A DNA stretch of 64,000 bases from Minisyncoccia bacterium (GTDB lineage Bacteria > Patescibacteriota > Minisyncoccia > Phycocordibacterales > Phycocordibacteraceae): NCBI GenBank assembly GCA_038212075.1, contig JBBQUV010000001.1, positions 35,200 through 99,199 of the forward strand. The letters are read 5' to 3'. The notes under the pieces were generated by a model that made no database searches, was not told where the DNA came from, and was given only the letters and a program-made list of their open reading frames with translations. The position numbers and the translations under genes are program-made. Positions 8,246 through 17,503 of this stretch are shown in pieces (positions within the stretch are counted from its first letter, which is position 1; the number at the start of each line of letters is the position of its first letter).

Positions 8246-9403
8246 ATGGAATGGTTTTCAAAAAAACGCATCTATCTTGATTGGGCGGCAAGTGCGCCTG
8301 TCCGACCGCAGGTAGCGCGTGCGTACTCGCGCGCGCTAGTGTCAGGGAACCCATCGTCTGCACACACGGAAGGCCGTATCGCAAAAGATCTGCTTGAAAC
8401 GGCGCGTACCAGCATTGCTCGCGAACTACAGGTAAAACCGGATGACGTTATTTTCACGAGCGGCGCCACCGAAGCAAATAACCTCGCCATTCAAGGGGTT
8501 ATAAAAAAATGGAAAGTGAGTAACCCGAACACGCAACCGCATGTGCTGTACCTCGGAAGCGCGCACGCCTCCACCGTAAAAACGATTCAAGGACTTACTG
8601 CGTTTGGCGTAGTTGCAGAGGAAATGCCAATAAAGGATGGAGAAATTGATATCAAAAAACTATCTACGATGATTCGTCCGGAAACCGCACTGGTTTCTAT
8701 GGATTTTGTTTGTAGCGAAACCGGAACGATTTGGAATACTCGCGAAGTGCGGCAGGCGCTTCCTAAGCAGGTACTTCTTCATGTGGATGCAAGCCAGGCG
8801 CCACTAGAGGAGTCGGTGGAGCGATCACGGCTTGGCGGCGACCTTATCACGCTTGATTCGGGAAAAATTGGCGCCGTACGCGGTACGGGTGTGCTTGTTG
8901 CTCCGCGCACGCTTTCAGTCGCGCCACTCTTTTTTGGTGGTGGACAGGAACGCGCAATGCGCGCCGGTACTGAATCGGTGGCTGGTGTCGTCGCGTTCGC
9001 TGTGGCGCTCACGGCGTGTGTCAAAGAACGCGATGCGTTTAGTGCGCGCGCCCTTGTGGCGCGTGCCAACCTTATTTCCCGTGTTCAGCACCTGTCTGCT
9101 ATTTCCATACATCAGGGCAAAAAAGGTATCGCTCACATTTTGAATATTTCACTTGTTGATCGAGACACCGACTACCTTGCCGCACTTCTCGATGAAGCTG
9201 GCTTCGCTGTTTCAACAAAAAGCGCGTGTGAAAGTGATTCCACGCAAGGTTCGCGCGCCGTGTTCGCGCTTACGGGTGAAAAAAGTCATGCACTTTCCAC
9301 GCTTCGCATTTCGTGGGGGTACGATACGACCGAACGTGATTTGATACGCTTCAGTAAAGCGCTCGGTAAAGCCGTTGCATTCATTGACGCACACCACGTG
9401 TAG
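8246..9403 (+). CDS. cysteine desulfurase (class V aminotransferase, NifS/IscS-like)
   Basis: N-terminal YLDWAASAPV, TSGATEANN, and a PLP-lysine region DSGKIGAVRGTGVLV. Confidence 0.8.
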   Translation: MEWFSKKRIYLDWAASAPVRPQVARAYSRALVSGNPSSAHTEGRIAKDLLETARTSIARELQVKPDDVIFTSGATEANNLAIQGVIKKWKVSNPNTQPHVLYLGSAHASTVKTIQGLTAFGVVAEEMPIKDGEIDIKKLSTMIRPETALVSMDFVCSETGTIWNTREVRQALPKQVLLHVDASQAPLEESVERSRLGGDLITLDSGKIGAVRGTGVLVAPRTLSVAPLFFGGGQERAMRAGTESVAGVVAFAVALTACVKERDAFSARALVARANLISRVQHLSAISIHQGKKGIAHILNISLVDRDTDYLAALLDEAGFAVSTKSACESDSTQGSRAVFALTGEKSHALSTLRISWGYDTTERDLIRFSKALGKAVAFIDAHHV

Positions 9404-9428
9404 TGCTTTGTGTGCTTGAAACTTCCTG

Positions 9429-10181
9429 TTGTATACTCTTTCTATGAATATTGACGATCTCACAAAATCACAACTCCTTCTTCTCACCCTTCTGGTGAAC
9501 TTTGTGATGTCTATTGCGACCGGCATCGTAACCGTTTCTTTGCTCGACCAAGCGCCGGCAACCGTGACGCAAACGGTAAACCGTATTGTGGAGCATACGG
9601 TAGAAACAGTAACGCCAGATACAACAGGAAGCACGGCGACACAGCCATCCGAAGAAGATTTGCTTGTCTCTGCCATTTCCGGCGATAAGGCAAGAACAGT
9701 GTATGTATATGCAGAGGCGACTACGTCCCCTGCGCTCGCGCAAGGAATTTATCTTCCAAAGTCACGTGCGGTTATTGTGCTTGCTGATACCGTGCTTCCT
9801 AAAAATGCCATTGTGAGCTTTCCGAATGGTGCTATCGCACAAGTATCTATTTCGCGCGGTGACGATCAAATCATGATCTACGGGTTCAGCGACTCGGCGG
9901 CACTGCCGGCGGCGCCCGCTACAGTACTCCTTACGCCGCACGATTTGAAGCAGGGGCAAGCAACTATCGCCGTTATTCAAACTGGCGCCGCCGTTACTGG
10001 CATTGTTTCGCAAATCGATGGTAACAAAATAACGACGACACTTCCGCAAACACCACGCGGTGCGTCCGCAGTTTCACTTTCCGGTGGACTCGTTGGTATT
10101 AGTACCGGAGAGGCAAGTGTATACATTAGTGCACAACATATTAACGACCTGCTTTCGGGTCCTGCAACTTCCGGACTCTAA
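9429..10181 (+). CDS. hypothetical membrane-anchored protein (possible degenerate trypsin-like fold)
   Basis: N-terminal TM helix; C-terminal SLSGGLVGI resembles the GDSGG serine-protease motif, but no clear catalytic His/Asp were seen. Confidence 0.35.
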   Translation: MYTLSMNIDDLTKSQLLLLTLLVNFVMSIATGIVTVSLLDQAPATVTQTVNRIVEHTVETVTPDTTGSTATQPSEEDLLVSAISGDKARTVYVYAEATTSPALAQGIYLPKSRAVIVLADTVLPKNAIVSFPNGAIAQVSISRGDDQIMIYGFSDSAALPAAPATVLLTPHDLKQGQATIAVIQTGAAVTGIVSQIDGNKITTTLPQTPRGASAVSLSGGLVGISTGEASVYISAQHINDLLSGPATSGL

Positions 10182-10241
10182 AACACGTAAATGATATACT
10201 AGGGGCACGTGCGGGCAGGAGAGTAATCATTTCATTTTCAT

Positions 10242-12926
10242 ATGCCGCCATTTAAGAATTTCACCACTAAAGCAAAAGAAGCCATTCGTAAGGCACACGA
10301 GCTCGCCATTGAGCGTGGGCAAAACCATGTGTCGCCGCTTCATCTTTTGACGGCGCTTATTCACCAAGAAGAAAGCTTGGTATTTTCCGTGCTCGACCAT
10401 ATGGAGATAGACACCATTCTTCTTGCGGACACTCTGCTTGAAACGCTTGAAGCTCCAGAAACATCCTCGGTTCTTTCACCGTCGTATCAGCTCTACCTCA
10501 CCCCAGACTTGGCGCAAGCACTTGAAGCTTCAGGAAAAGTGGCCGCAAGAATGAACGATCCTTTTGTAGGAACGGAACATTTGTTTGTCGCTATTCTTGA
10601 ACACCCGGGTCCTGCCGCAGATGTTCTTGGGCGTTTTCGTATTGACGAAGATACGGTACAGGCGGTGCTTAAAGAAATTAAATCAATGAAAGAAGGGCAG
10701 ACCGCTGAGCCGAAGCGTTTCCGTGCGCTTGCGAAATACACGCGCAATCTAACCAAGCTCGCAAGTGAAAATGCTCTTGACCCCGTTATTGGTCGTGATC
10801 AGGAAATCAACCGTGTGATTCAAATTCTTTCACGTCGCACGAAAAATAATCCGGTGCTTATTGGTGAAGCGGGCGTGGGCAAAACAGCCATCGCTGAAGG
10901 ACTTGCGGCACGTATTGTAGCGAACGACGTACCAGAATCACTGAAGTCAAAAGAATTGCTTTCGCTCGACATCGGTCTTCTTATTGCCGGTACCAAATAC
11001 CGCGGCGAGTTTGAAGAGCGAATGAAAAATGTAATGAAAGAAGTAGAGAAATCAGATGGGAAAGTTATTTTGTTTGTAGACGAGCTTCACACGCTTGTGG
11101 GTGCTGGCGCCGCAGAAGGCGCAATGGATGCTTCCAACATGCTTAAGCCCGCACTCGCGCGTGGTGAAATTCGTGTTATTGGTGCCACAACATTGAAGGA
11201 GTACCAAAAATATATTGAAAAAGACACCGCACTCACGCGCCGTTTTCAGTCGGTGTTTGTGCAGGAGCCAACGGTAGAGGATGCTGTTGCGATTTTGCGC
11301 GGTTTGCGCGACAAGTATGAACTTTTCCACGGCGTACGTATCACTGATGGCGCCATTGTTTCTGCCGTAGAGCTTTCAAGTCGTTACATTAGCGACCGCT
11401 TCCTCCCAGACAAAGCAATCGACCTTATTGATGAAGCCGCTTCAGGACTCCGTATCGCGCTTGAAAACAAACCGCCACTTCTTGAAGAAACCGATCGTAA
11501 AATCCGCCGTCTTGAAATTGAACGTCAGGCGCTTAAAAAAGATGAAAGCAGTTCTTCAGCAACGGTTGAAACAAAAGAAATAAAAGAACGGCTCAAAACC
11601 ATTAATACTGAAATCGCCGACTTGCGCGAAAAGACTTCAGAGCTAGAGCTTAAATGGAAGAATGAAAAGGAGGTACTGGATGGTATCCGGAAAGCAAAAA
11701 CCGAACTTGAAAAGCTGAAGAATCAGGCCGATGCCGCCGAATCATCGGCAGACCTTGGTACGGTCGCGGAAATTCGTTACGGCAAAATTCCTACGCTCCG
11801 CAAAGATTTGGAAACCAAAATGAAGCGGTTGAAAACACTACAGAAATCACGCCGCATTTTGCATGAAGAAGTAACCGAGCATGAAATTGCCGGCGTAGTG
11901 TCGCGCTGGACGGGTGTACCAGTTTCAAAAATGCTTGAAGAAGAAGCGTCGAAGCTTGCACGTATGGACGAAGAACTGCGCAAGGCGGTTATTGGTCAGG
12001 ACAAGGCACTTGAGATTGTTAGTAATGCAGTGAAGCGATCACGTGTTGGTATTGCCGATCCGAATCGCCCTATTGGCTCATTCCTCTTTATGGGGCCAAC
12101 GGGCGTGGGTAAAACCGAGCTTTCGCGTAAACTCGCGGAGTTTATGTTCAACGATATCGATGCACTGGTACGTGTGGACATGTCCGAGTTTATGGAAAAA
12201 CATTCGGTAGCCAAACTTATTGGTGCACCACCCGGATATGTAGGCTACGAAGAATCGGGCTCACTCACCGAGCGCATTCGTCACCGCCCGTATGCCGTTA
12301 TTCTTTTCGATGAAATTGAAAAGGCGCATCCCGAAGTCTTTAATATCTTGCTTCAAGTGCTTGATTCGGGACACCTCACTGATGGCAAGGGACGAAAGGT
12401 GAACTTCAAGAACACTATCATTGTGCTTACGAGCAACATTGGCGCAGAGTTTATTGACCGTATGGCGTCCATTGGGTTTGGTCACGGTGCTGCCGACGAA
12501 GCGGTGCAGTATGAACAGGTGAAAGAAAAAGTAATGCGCGCCTTGAAAGACCACTTCCGTCCGGAGTTTTTGAATCGCCTCGACGACATTGTTATTTTTG
12601 ACGTGCTTGCAAAAGAAGCGCTCGCAAAAATTGTGGAGGCACAGGTTGGGGAAGTTATTACCCGTCTTGAAACCAAACGTATTACGCTCGCTATTAGTCC
12701 CGAAGCTCGCGCATGGCTGGCTGAAAAGGGTTATAACCCGCAGTATGGCGCTCGCCCCTTGAAGCGACTCATCCAAGACAAAATCCTTACCCCTATTGCC
12801 ACGCTTATGGTGGGGCAGGGGATTATGGAGGGTGGTTCAGTGAGCGTGACGCTGAAGAATGGCGAGCTTCATTTTGACGTAAAGAAGAAGATGGCTACTC
12901 GCAGTCGTGTACTACAGACCGCGTAA
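10242..12926 (+). CDS. clpB: ATP-dependent chaperone ClpB
   Basis: 894 aa; Clp N-domain repeats, two AAA+ modules ([18 protein letters not shown]), and a long middle coiled coil. Confidence 0.9.
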   Translation: MPPFKNFTTKAKEAIRKAHELAIERGQNHVSPLHLLTALIHQEESLVFSVLDHMEIDTILLADTLLETLEAPETSSVLSPSYQLYLTPDLAQALEASGKVAARMNDPFVGTEHLFVAILEHPGPAADVLGRFRIDEDTVQAVLKEIKSMKEGQTAEPKRFRALAKYTRNLTKLASENALDPVIGRDQEINRVIQILSRRTKNNPVLIGEAGVGKTAIAEGLAARIVANDVPESLKSKELLSLDIGLLIAGTKYRGEFEERMKNVMKEVEKSDGKVILFVDELHTLVGAGAAEGAMDASNMLKPALARGEIRVIGATTLKEYQKYIEKDTALTRRFQSVFVQEPTVEDAVAILRGLRDKYELFHGVRITDGAIVSAVELSSRYISDRFLPDKAIDLIDEAASGLRIALENKPPLLEETDRKIRRLEIERQALKKDESSSSATVETKEIKERLKTINTEIADLREKTSELELKWKNEKEVLDGIRKAKTELEKLKNQADAAESSADLGTVAEIRYGKIPTLRKDLETKMKRLKTLQKSRRILHEEVTEHEIAGVVSRWTGVPVSKMLEEEASKLARMDEELRKAVIGQDKALEIVSNAVKRSRVGIADPNRPIGSFLFMGPTGVGKTELSRKLAEFMFNDIDALVRVDMSEFMEKHSVAKLIGAPPGYVGYEESGSLTERIRHRPYAVILFDEIEKAHPEVFNILLQVLDSGHLTDGKGRKVNFKNTIIVLTSNIGAEFIDRMASIGFGHGAADEAVQYEQVKEKVMRALKDHFRPEFLNRLDDIVIFDVLAKEALAKIVEAQVGEVITRLETKRITLAISPEARAWLAEKGYNPQYGARPLKRLIQDKILTPIATLMVGQGIMEGGSVSVTLKNGELHFDVKKKMATRSRVLQTA

Positions 12927-12943
12927 AGCTCCACTCACGCTAC

Positions 12944-13072
12944 CGATTTTGGAGCACGCGTCGTCCGGCCCAGCCGCCGGACGCGCTCGCTCTCGGCTTC
13001 GCAAATTCCGGCGCAGCCTCCCTCCGGCGCCGGAATTACCACGCTGCTTGCCTCCGAGAGTCTCCAAAATCG
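12944..13072 (+). repeat. nested imperfect palindrome / long hairpin between clpB and rpmG
   Basis: Outer inverted repeat cgattttggag...ctccaaaatcg; inner perfect 11-bp inverted repeat aattccggcgc / gcgccggaatt; ctctcgg / ccgagag pairs in between. Confidence 0.5.
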
Positions 13073-13122
13073 CCATCATTCCCTCCGTTGCGCAAATACC
13101 CGTTGTTTGTTAAAGTCCACGT

Positions 13123-13278
13123 ATGTCTCAGGATCAACTCATAAAACTCAAGTCCACGAAATCGGACTACATCTACTTTAGCCGTAAGAATCGCAAGAAA
13201 GTAGAGCGCAAGATTGAAGTCAAAAAGTATGACCCAACGCTCCGCAAACGAGTCACCTTTAAGGAAGTGAAGAAGTAG
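13123..13278 (+). CDS. rpmG: 50S ribosomal protein L33 (Cys-less form)
   Basis: A 51-aa ORF absent from the ORF track: MSQDQLIKLKSTKSDYIYFSRKNRKKVERKIEVKKYDPTLRKRVTFKEVKK, which matches the L33 pattern. It is followed by a terminator and tRNA-Trp, a conserved neighbourhood. Confidence 0.7.
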   Translation: MSQDQLIKLKSTKSDYIYFSRKNRKKVERKIEVKKYDPTLRKRVTFKEVKK

Positions 13279-13284
13279 CAAAAT

Positions 13285-13306
13285 CCGCCCGAAAGGGCGG
13301 TTTTGT
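13285..13306 (+). terminator. rho-independent terminator after rpmG
   Basis: ccgccc-gaaa-gggcgg followed by ttttgtg. Confidence 0.7.
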
Positions 13307-13322
13307 GTTAAAATCCCCGCAC

Positions 13323-13396
13323 GGGTCCATCGTATAATGGTAGTACAGCGGCCTCCAAATCCGCTAGCGTAGGTTCGATTCCTACTGGGCCCGCCA
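13323..13396 (+). tRNA. tRNA-Trp (anticodon CCA), with encoded 3' CCA
   Basis: Acceptor GGGTCCA/TGGGCCC, anticodon loop CTCCAAA, T-arm GTAGG-TTCGATT-CCTAC. The anticodon stem has a C-T mismatch at its base. Confidence 0.7.
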
Positions 13397-13402
13397 ATGA
13401 GA

Positions 13403-13427
13403 AACGCCGGAAGGCGTTTTCTCTTTT
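13403..13427 (+). terminator. rho-independent terminator after tRNA-Trp
   Basis: aacgcc-ggaa-ggcgtt followed by ttctctttt. Confidence 0.6.
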
Positions 13428-13505
13428 GGTGGGCCCAAGCAGGCGTGGGGCGCCTGCGTGTAGGAATCGAATGCCGGAGCGCGACGGCGCGAGGCGGGGT
13501 CGCGG
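13427..13505 (+). repeat. structured element with an inverted copy of the tRNA-Trp acceptor 3' end and T-arm, plus a hairpin
   Basis: TGGTGGGCCCA (reverse complement of the tRNA 3' end), hairpin caggcg-tgggg-cgcctg, GTAGGAATCGAA (reverse complement of the T-loop/stem), then GCCGGAGC and ACGGCGAGGCGGGG, motifs shared with the elements at 6040 and 29165. Confidence 0.5.
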
Positions 13506-13647
13506 AATTTTCTAGCAAGAAAATATCCGTGACCGCAAAGCGGAACCGTAGAATCTACAGGATTTGATAAGCGTACTCGCGGTCCTGCTGGGCTCGCCCT
13601 TGTGGGCAACCTACATCTCTTCAGATTTTGTGAGCTACAATATACAT

Positions 13648-14784
13648 ATGCGTGACTACAGGGCTCATATTTTCACACTCGCGTTTGCTGTCGTGCTCAT
13701 TATTCCATTCTTCGCCTTTGGCGCAGTGACCGATCCCGGTAGCTCCGGCTGGTCTATTGTCCCCAAGGAATGTAATTGCCCTCCGGCAAGTGATTCTGCG
13801 CAAGCGGCTGGATGGGGTTGTGTGCTCAAGGTTGTGGCAAATCTGATTCAGTTCGCAATCTATCTTAGTATTACTATTTCTGTACTAATGTTCGCCTATG
13901 CCGGCTTCCTTTGGGTGTTGAATCCCATAAATCCGGAAAATCGCGCGGCGGGAAGGAAGATATTAATGAATGCCGCCATCGGACTTCTCATTACACTTTC
14001 TGCGTGGCTTATCGTGAACACCCTTCTTATTGCACTTGGCGCTAATATTGACGGACAGGGCGGTATTGCTGGCACAACAAAACTACTTAGCGGCGGCTCT
14101 GACTGCACAAAGGGTGATCCGCTTGTAAATAATGGTGGAACGCTTGGAGGCGGTGGTGGAGACACAACAACGCCACCTGGCGGATGTCCATCTGGTCAAC
14201 AGTGTTCTGCAACCACCAAGACTTGTGAATACAAGACAACGACCACCATAACGTGTGGTGATAAAACGTGTGGAAAAAATGAAACCTGTGACGCAACAGC
14301 GAAAACGTGTACGCCTCCACAAGCCTGCACGCCACCCGCGGAAACTGGTAGTGGTGCCAATTGTCCTGCGGCGGCTCCTTCAGCAATGGTCGCGCTCCCA
14401 TCAGGAGATGTCGTTGGAGGAACTGGACTTGCTACGCCGGCAACTGTTCAAAACTACATTGCTATGCGCGCAGCAGCGCTACAAGCAGGATTTGACTTGA
14501 AAGTTTCTAGCGCTTATCGCTCAGATGCAACACAGGTTCAATTATGGAATCAATACTGTTCGTCTGGTACCTGCGGTGCCACAAAAGTGGCGAAGCCCTG
14601 CTCGCTCGGAGGAAATGGATCAAACCATAATTCTGGAGAAGCTCTTGATTTGACTGACGGATGTCATAATGGACAGAGCTGCAGTAGTCCAGCCTATAAC
14701 TGGTTGAAGACAAATGGAGGACGATGGAATTTTAGAAACGCTGTGCCCACTGACCCTGTGCACTGGTCACCGGACGGCCACTAG
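13648..14784 (+). CDS. fusion protein: TrbC/VirB2-like pilin domain, Cys/Thr/Gly-rich linker, and a peptidase M15 (VanY/D-Ala-D-Ala carboxypeptidase-like) domain
   Basis: Signal peptide; a two-TM pilin-like core with loop NPINPENRAAGRK; C-terminal M15 motifs SAYRSDATQVQLW, SNHNSGEALDL and DPVHWSPDG. The start was chosen at the signal-peptide Met (13648) rather than the ORF-track 13564. Confidence 0.65.
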   Translation: MRDYRAHIFTLAFAVVLIIPFFAFGAVTDPGSSGWSIVPKECNCPPASDSAQAAGWGCVLKVVANLIQFAIYLSITISVLMFAYAGFLWVLNPINPENRAAGRKILMNAAIGLLITLSAWLIVNTLLIALGANIDGQGGIAGTTKLLSGGSDCTKGDPLVNNGGTLGGGGGDTTTPPGGCPSGQQCSATTKTCEYKTTTTITCGDKTCGKNETCDATAKTCTPPQACTPPAETGSGANCPAAAPSAMVALPSGDVVGGTGLATPATVQNYIAMRAAALQAGFDLKVSSAYRSDATQVQLWNQYCSSGTCGATKVAKPCSLGGNGSNHNSGEALDLTDGCHNGQSCSSPAYNWLKTNGGRWNFRNAVPTDPVHWSPDGH

Positions 14785-15644
14785 CGCGCCGAATGAAGTT
14801 TGCGTACCCATGCTTTTTGGCGCCGAGCGTAGTGCCACAAGCGTGAAGACAGTGTAGGAAGAAGGGAGGCTTCCATACGTTCACCTCGCAGGTATTCACC
14901 AATTACTTTGTACTCAAGTCCCAGCTCGTTCAGGCGTGTGTCGCCCACGTATTCGCGAACTCGCCGCACTTCGTCAACAAGGCCTTGTGACAGTGCCTTT
15001 TCAAGACGTATCCCAATGCGCTTACGCAATTCTTCTGACGGTGGATTTATTACTATCCATTCAATTGCGTAATCTTCGCGCGCCTTTGGCGCGCGTTCCG
15101 GTACCACCCCGTGCACTGCCGCTATTTCAAGCGCGCGAATAAGTCGCCGCCGATTCCTGGGGTCAAGAACCTTTGCACGGTTAGGATCAACAGCAGAAAG
15201 TCGCGCAAAGAGATCCGCACCAGACACCTGTTCAAGCTCCGCGCGAAGTGCATCATTTTTGTCGGTGCCTTCAGGTAGTCCGTAGAGAAGTGCGTCAAAG
15301 TAAAAATGGCTTCCACCGACAAGAATGGGAAGGTTGCCACGTGCGGTGATTTCCGTAATTAATCGTTCTGCATCTTTCACAAAATCACCTGCACTGTATG
15401 GATTTTTTGGGTCACGAATATCAATAAGGTGGTGGGGCACACCTTGCATTTCATTTGGGGTGATTTTTTCAGTGCCAATATCAAGGGTTGTATAGATTTG
15501 CCGACTATCAACAGAAATAATCTCACCATTGCGGGCGAGTGCTTCAGAGACTGCTCGTGATGACTTTCCTGAGGCGGTTGGCCCCGCGATGCAGAGAATC
15601 TTCAATTGGTCGGCCACTGGCCAGAATGGTATCATAGGCACCAC
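14781..15644 (-). CDS. miaA: tRNA dimethylallyltransferase
   Basis: P-loop GPTASGKS, and DSRQIY..IGT, typical of MiaA. Confidence 0.85.
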   Translation of the reverse strand: MVPMIPFWPVADQLKILCIAGPTASGKSSRAVSEALARNGEIISVDSRQIYTTLDIGTEKITPNEMQGVPHHLIDIRDPKNPYSAGDFVKDAERLITEITARGNLPILVGGSHFYFDALLYGLPEGTDKNDALRAELEQVSGADLFARLSAVDPNRAKVLDPRNRRRLIRALEIAAVHGVVPERAPKAREDYAIEWIVINPPSEELRKRIGIRLEKALSQGLVDEVRRVREYVGDTRLNELGLEYKVIGEYLRGERMEASLLPTLSSRLWHYARRQKAWVRKLHSAR

Positions 15645-15658
15645 TAACCGACATTCCT

Positions 15659-16324
15659 ATGAATAAAGAAACGAAAAGCAACTATTGTGAGCATTGCGGT
15701 GATTTTCACGACGAAATGCCGAGCGAGCACCACTGTTTTGTCCGCATTGGCGGTACGGTGCCTGACTACGAATTTGAAGCATTTGTGGGTGGGGAAGCAA
15801 AGCGAATGAAGTTTTCGGACTTTCGTGGCAAGTGGCTTGCGGTAGTGTTTTATCCCGCCGACTTCACCTTTGTGTGTCCCACAGAGCTTGAAGACCTTGC
15901 AAAACTCTATCCTGAATTTAAAAAGATAAACGCAGAAATTCTTTCATTTTCAACGGACACGGTGTTCACCCACAAGGCATGGCACGATACCTCGCCAGCT
16001 ATTAAGCAAATTGAATATCCGATGGGTTCTGACCCAGCAGGAAAAATTTCCTACGCTTTTGGCACCTTGGTTGAAGGCGGTGACATGGCACTCACGGTAG
16101 ACGAAGGGTTGTCACTGCGTGGTTCGTTCATCGTTGATCCAACAGGTGTGCTTCGTACGATTGAAATTCATGATAATTCCATTGGACGTTCCGCAAAAGA
16201 AACACTGCGCAAACTGCACGCGGCGCAATTTGTAGATGCGCATCCGGGCAATGTATGTCCAGCATCATGGGAACCGGGTGGTGACACTCTTGAACCCGGC
16301 ATGGATTTGGTTGGGAAAATCTAA
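15659..16324 (+). CDS. 2-Cys peroxiredoxin (AhpC/TSA family) with an N-terminal Cys/His-rich extension
   Basis: Peroxidatic motif FTFVCPTE, resolving VCPASW; the N-terminal 30 aa carry C-x2-C, H, HHC. Confidence 0.8.
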   Translation: MNKETKSNYCEHCGDFHDEMPSEHHCFVRIGGTVPDYEFEAFVGGEAKRMKFSDFRGKWLAVVFYPADFTFVCPTELEDLAKLYPEFKKINAEILSFSTDTVFTHKAWHDTSPAIKQIEYPMGSDPAGKISYAFGTLVEGGDMALTVDEGLSLRGSFIVDPTGVLRTIEIHDNSIGRSAKETLRKLHAAQFVDAHPGNVCPASWEPGGDTLEPGMDLVGKI

Positions 16325-16395
16325 ACATATCGCGGCGGCCACTGGCCGCCGCGACTGTTTAAAAAAACACATAAATAGAGTACGATGCCAAATAC

Positions 16396-16476
16396 GCCGG
16401 GGTGGCGAAATGGTATACGCAAGGGATTCAAAACCCCTCGCCGCAAGGCATGAGAGTTCAAGTCTCTCCCCCGGCA
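16396..16476 (+). tRNA. tRNA-Leu (anticodon CAA)
   Basis: Acceptor GCCGGGG/CCCCGGC, anticodon loop TTCAAAA, long variable arm, T-arm GAGAG-TTCAAGT-CTCTC. Confidence 0.75.
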
Positions 16477-16519
16477 CTAGAAAACTTTGCATGTAGTGCG
16501 TGATACAATCTCTGTAATT

Positions 16520-17503
16520 ATGGATGCGGTGAAATATCAGGAACCAACGCGCTACGACTCTGTCTACTGGGTAGACACCGAGCGTATTAAGCCAAACCCG
16601 TACCAGCCGCGTAAAGAATTTGATGAAGAGCATTTGAAGTCGCTCGCTGAATCTATTCGTCAGTACGGGATTCTTCAGCCACTTACGGTCACGCGAATGG
16701 AAGTGTCTAAAGAAGATGGAGGCCTGCAAAGCGAATACGAACTTATTGCCGGTGAGCGTCGTCTTCGCGCGGCAAAATTGATTGGACTACGCCAAGTGCC
16801 CGTGGTTATTCGCCAAGGCGAACAGTCAAGCAAAATGAAGCTAGAGCTTGCGATTATTGAGAACCTTCAGCGCGAAGATTTAAATGCGATTGATCGCTCC
16901 AAAGCGCTTGCTCAGCTCGCAACTGAATTTGGACTTACGCACGCAGAAATCGGCGCAAAAGTAGGGAAGAGCCGTGAATTTGTGAGTAACTCTATTCGTC
17001 TTCTTGGGCTTCCCGAAGAAATTCAGCAAGCGGTGGTTGGAAAAGAAATTTCAGAAGGGCACGCCCGTGCACTCCTGATGTTGAACAATCGACCGGAAGA
17101 AATGAAGACACTTTTCCGCGATATGGTGCTCAGAAAAACCTCGGTTCGTATGGCAGAACAGCTTGCACGTCGTATCGCACAGGACAAAATTAGGAAGCAC
17201 AACAAAACACCGGAAATGATGGAGATTGAAAAATCTCTTACGGAAACACTTGGTACGCGTGTGGTTATTGAAAACCGCCCACAAGGCGGCCGTCTCCTTA
17301 TTGAATTTTTCTCTCCCGAAGACCTTTCCAATATCATTGCCGCGTTTGCCGCAAAAGAAGAAGAAGCCGTTGCGCAGATTGTGGGCCCGGAAGCACAAGC
17401 CGCAAGCGACGCTGAAACAAGTGCGCAAGAAACAGCAACTGCACCAGTGGTTTCAGACAAACCAGAAGAAGATTTGTATTCGGTGAGTAATTTTAGCGTC
17501 TAG
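16520..17503 (+). CDS. parB: chromosome partitioning protein ParB/Spo0J
   Basis: ParB box IAGERRLRAAK, HTH region, acidic C-terminal tail; an internal Met was chosen as the start. Confidence 0.8.
   Translation: MDAVKYQEPTRYDSVYWVDTERIKPNPYQPRKEFDEEHLKSLAESIRQYGILQPLTVTRMEVSKEDGGLQSEYELIAGERRLRAAKLIGLRQVPVVIRQGEQSSKMKLELAIIENLQREDLNAIDRSKALAQLATEFGLTHAEIGAKVGKSREFVSNSIRLLGLPEEIQQAVVGKEISEGHARALLMLNNRPEEMKTLFRDMVLRKTSVRMAEQLARRIAQDKIRKHNKTPEMMEIEKSLTETLGTRVVIENRPQGGRLLIEFFSPEDLSNIIAAFAAKEEEAVAQIVGPEAQAASDAETSAQETATAPVVSDKPEEDLYSVSNFSV

Noticed and set aside
6692-12926. Numerous antisense and out-of-frame ORFs inside infB, the iscS-like gene, clpB (and similarly inside topA, the pyr genes and others)
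   Set aside because: They sit wholly inside high-confidence genes on the other strand or in another frame, with a biased amino-acid composition; these are classic shadow ORFs.
13427-13505. Interpreting the inverted tRNA-like segments as additional (minus-strand) tRNA genes or Nanoarchaeum-type split-tRNA halves
   Set aside because: Read on the minus strand they have a T-loop and the 3' side of the T-stem, but no complementary 5' T-stem strand, no D-arm and no anticodon arm, so they cannot fold into a cloverleaf. Kept as structured repeat elements of unknown function.
13564-13647. Upstream extension of the pilin-M15 fusion ORF (ORF-track start 13564)
   Set aside because: The extension has no signal-peptide-like features; a strong signal peptide begins at the internal Met at 13648.
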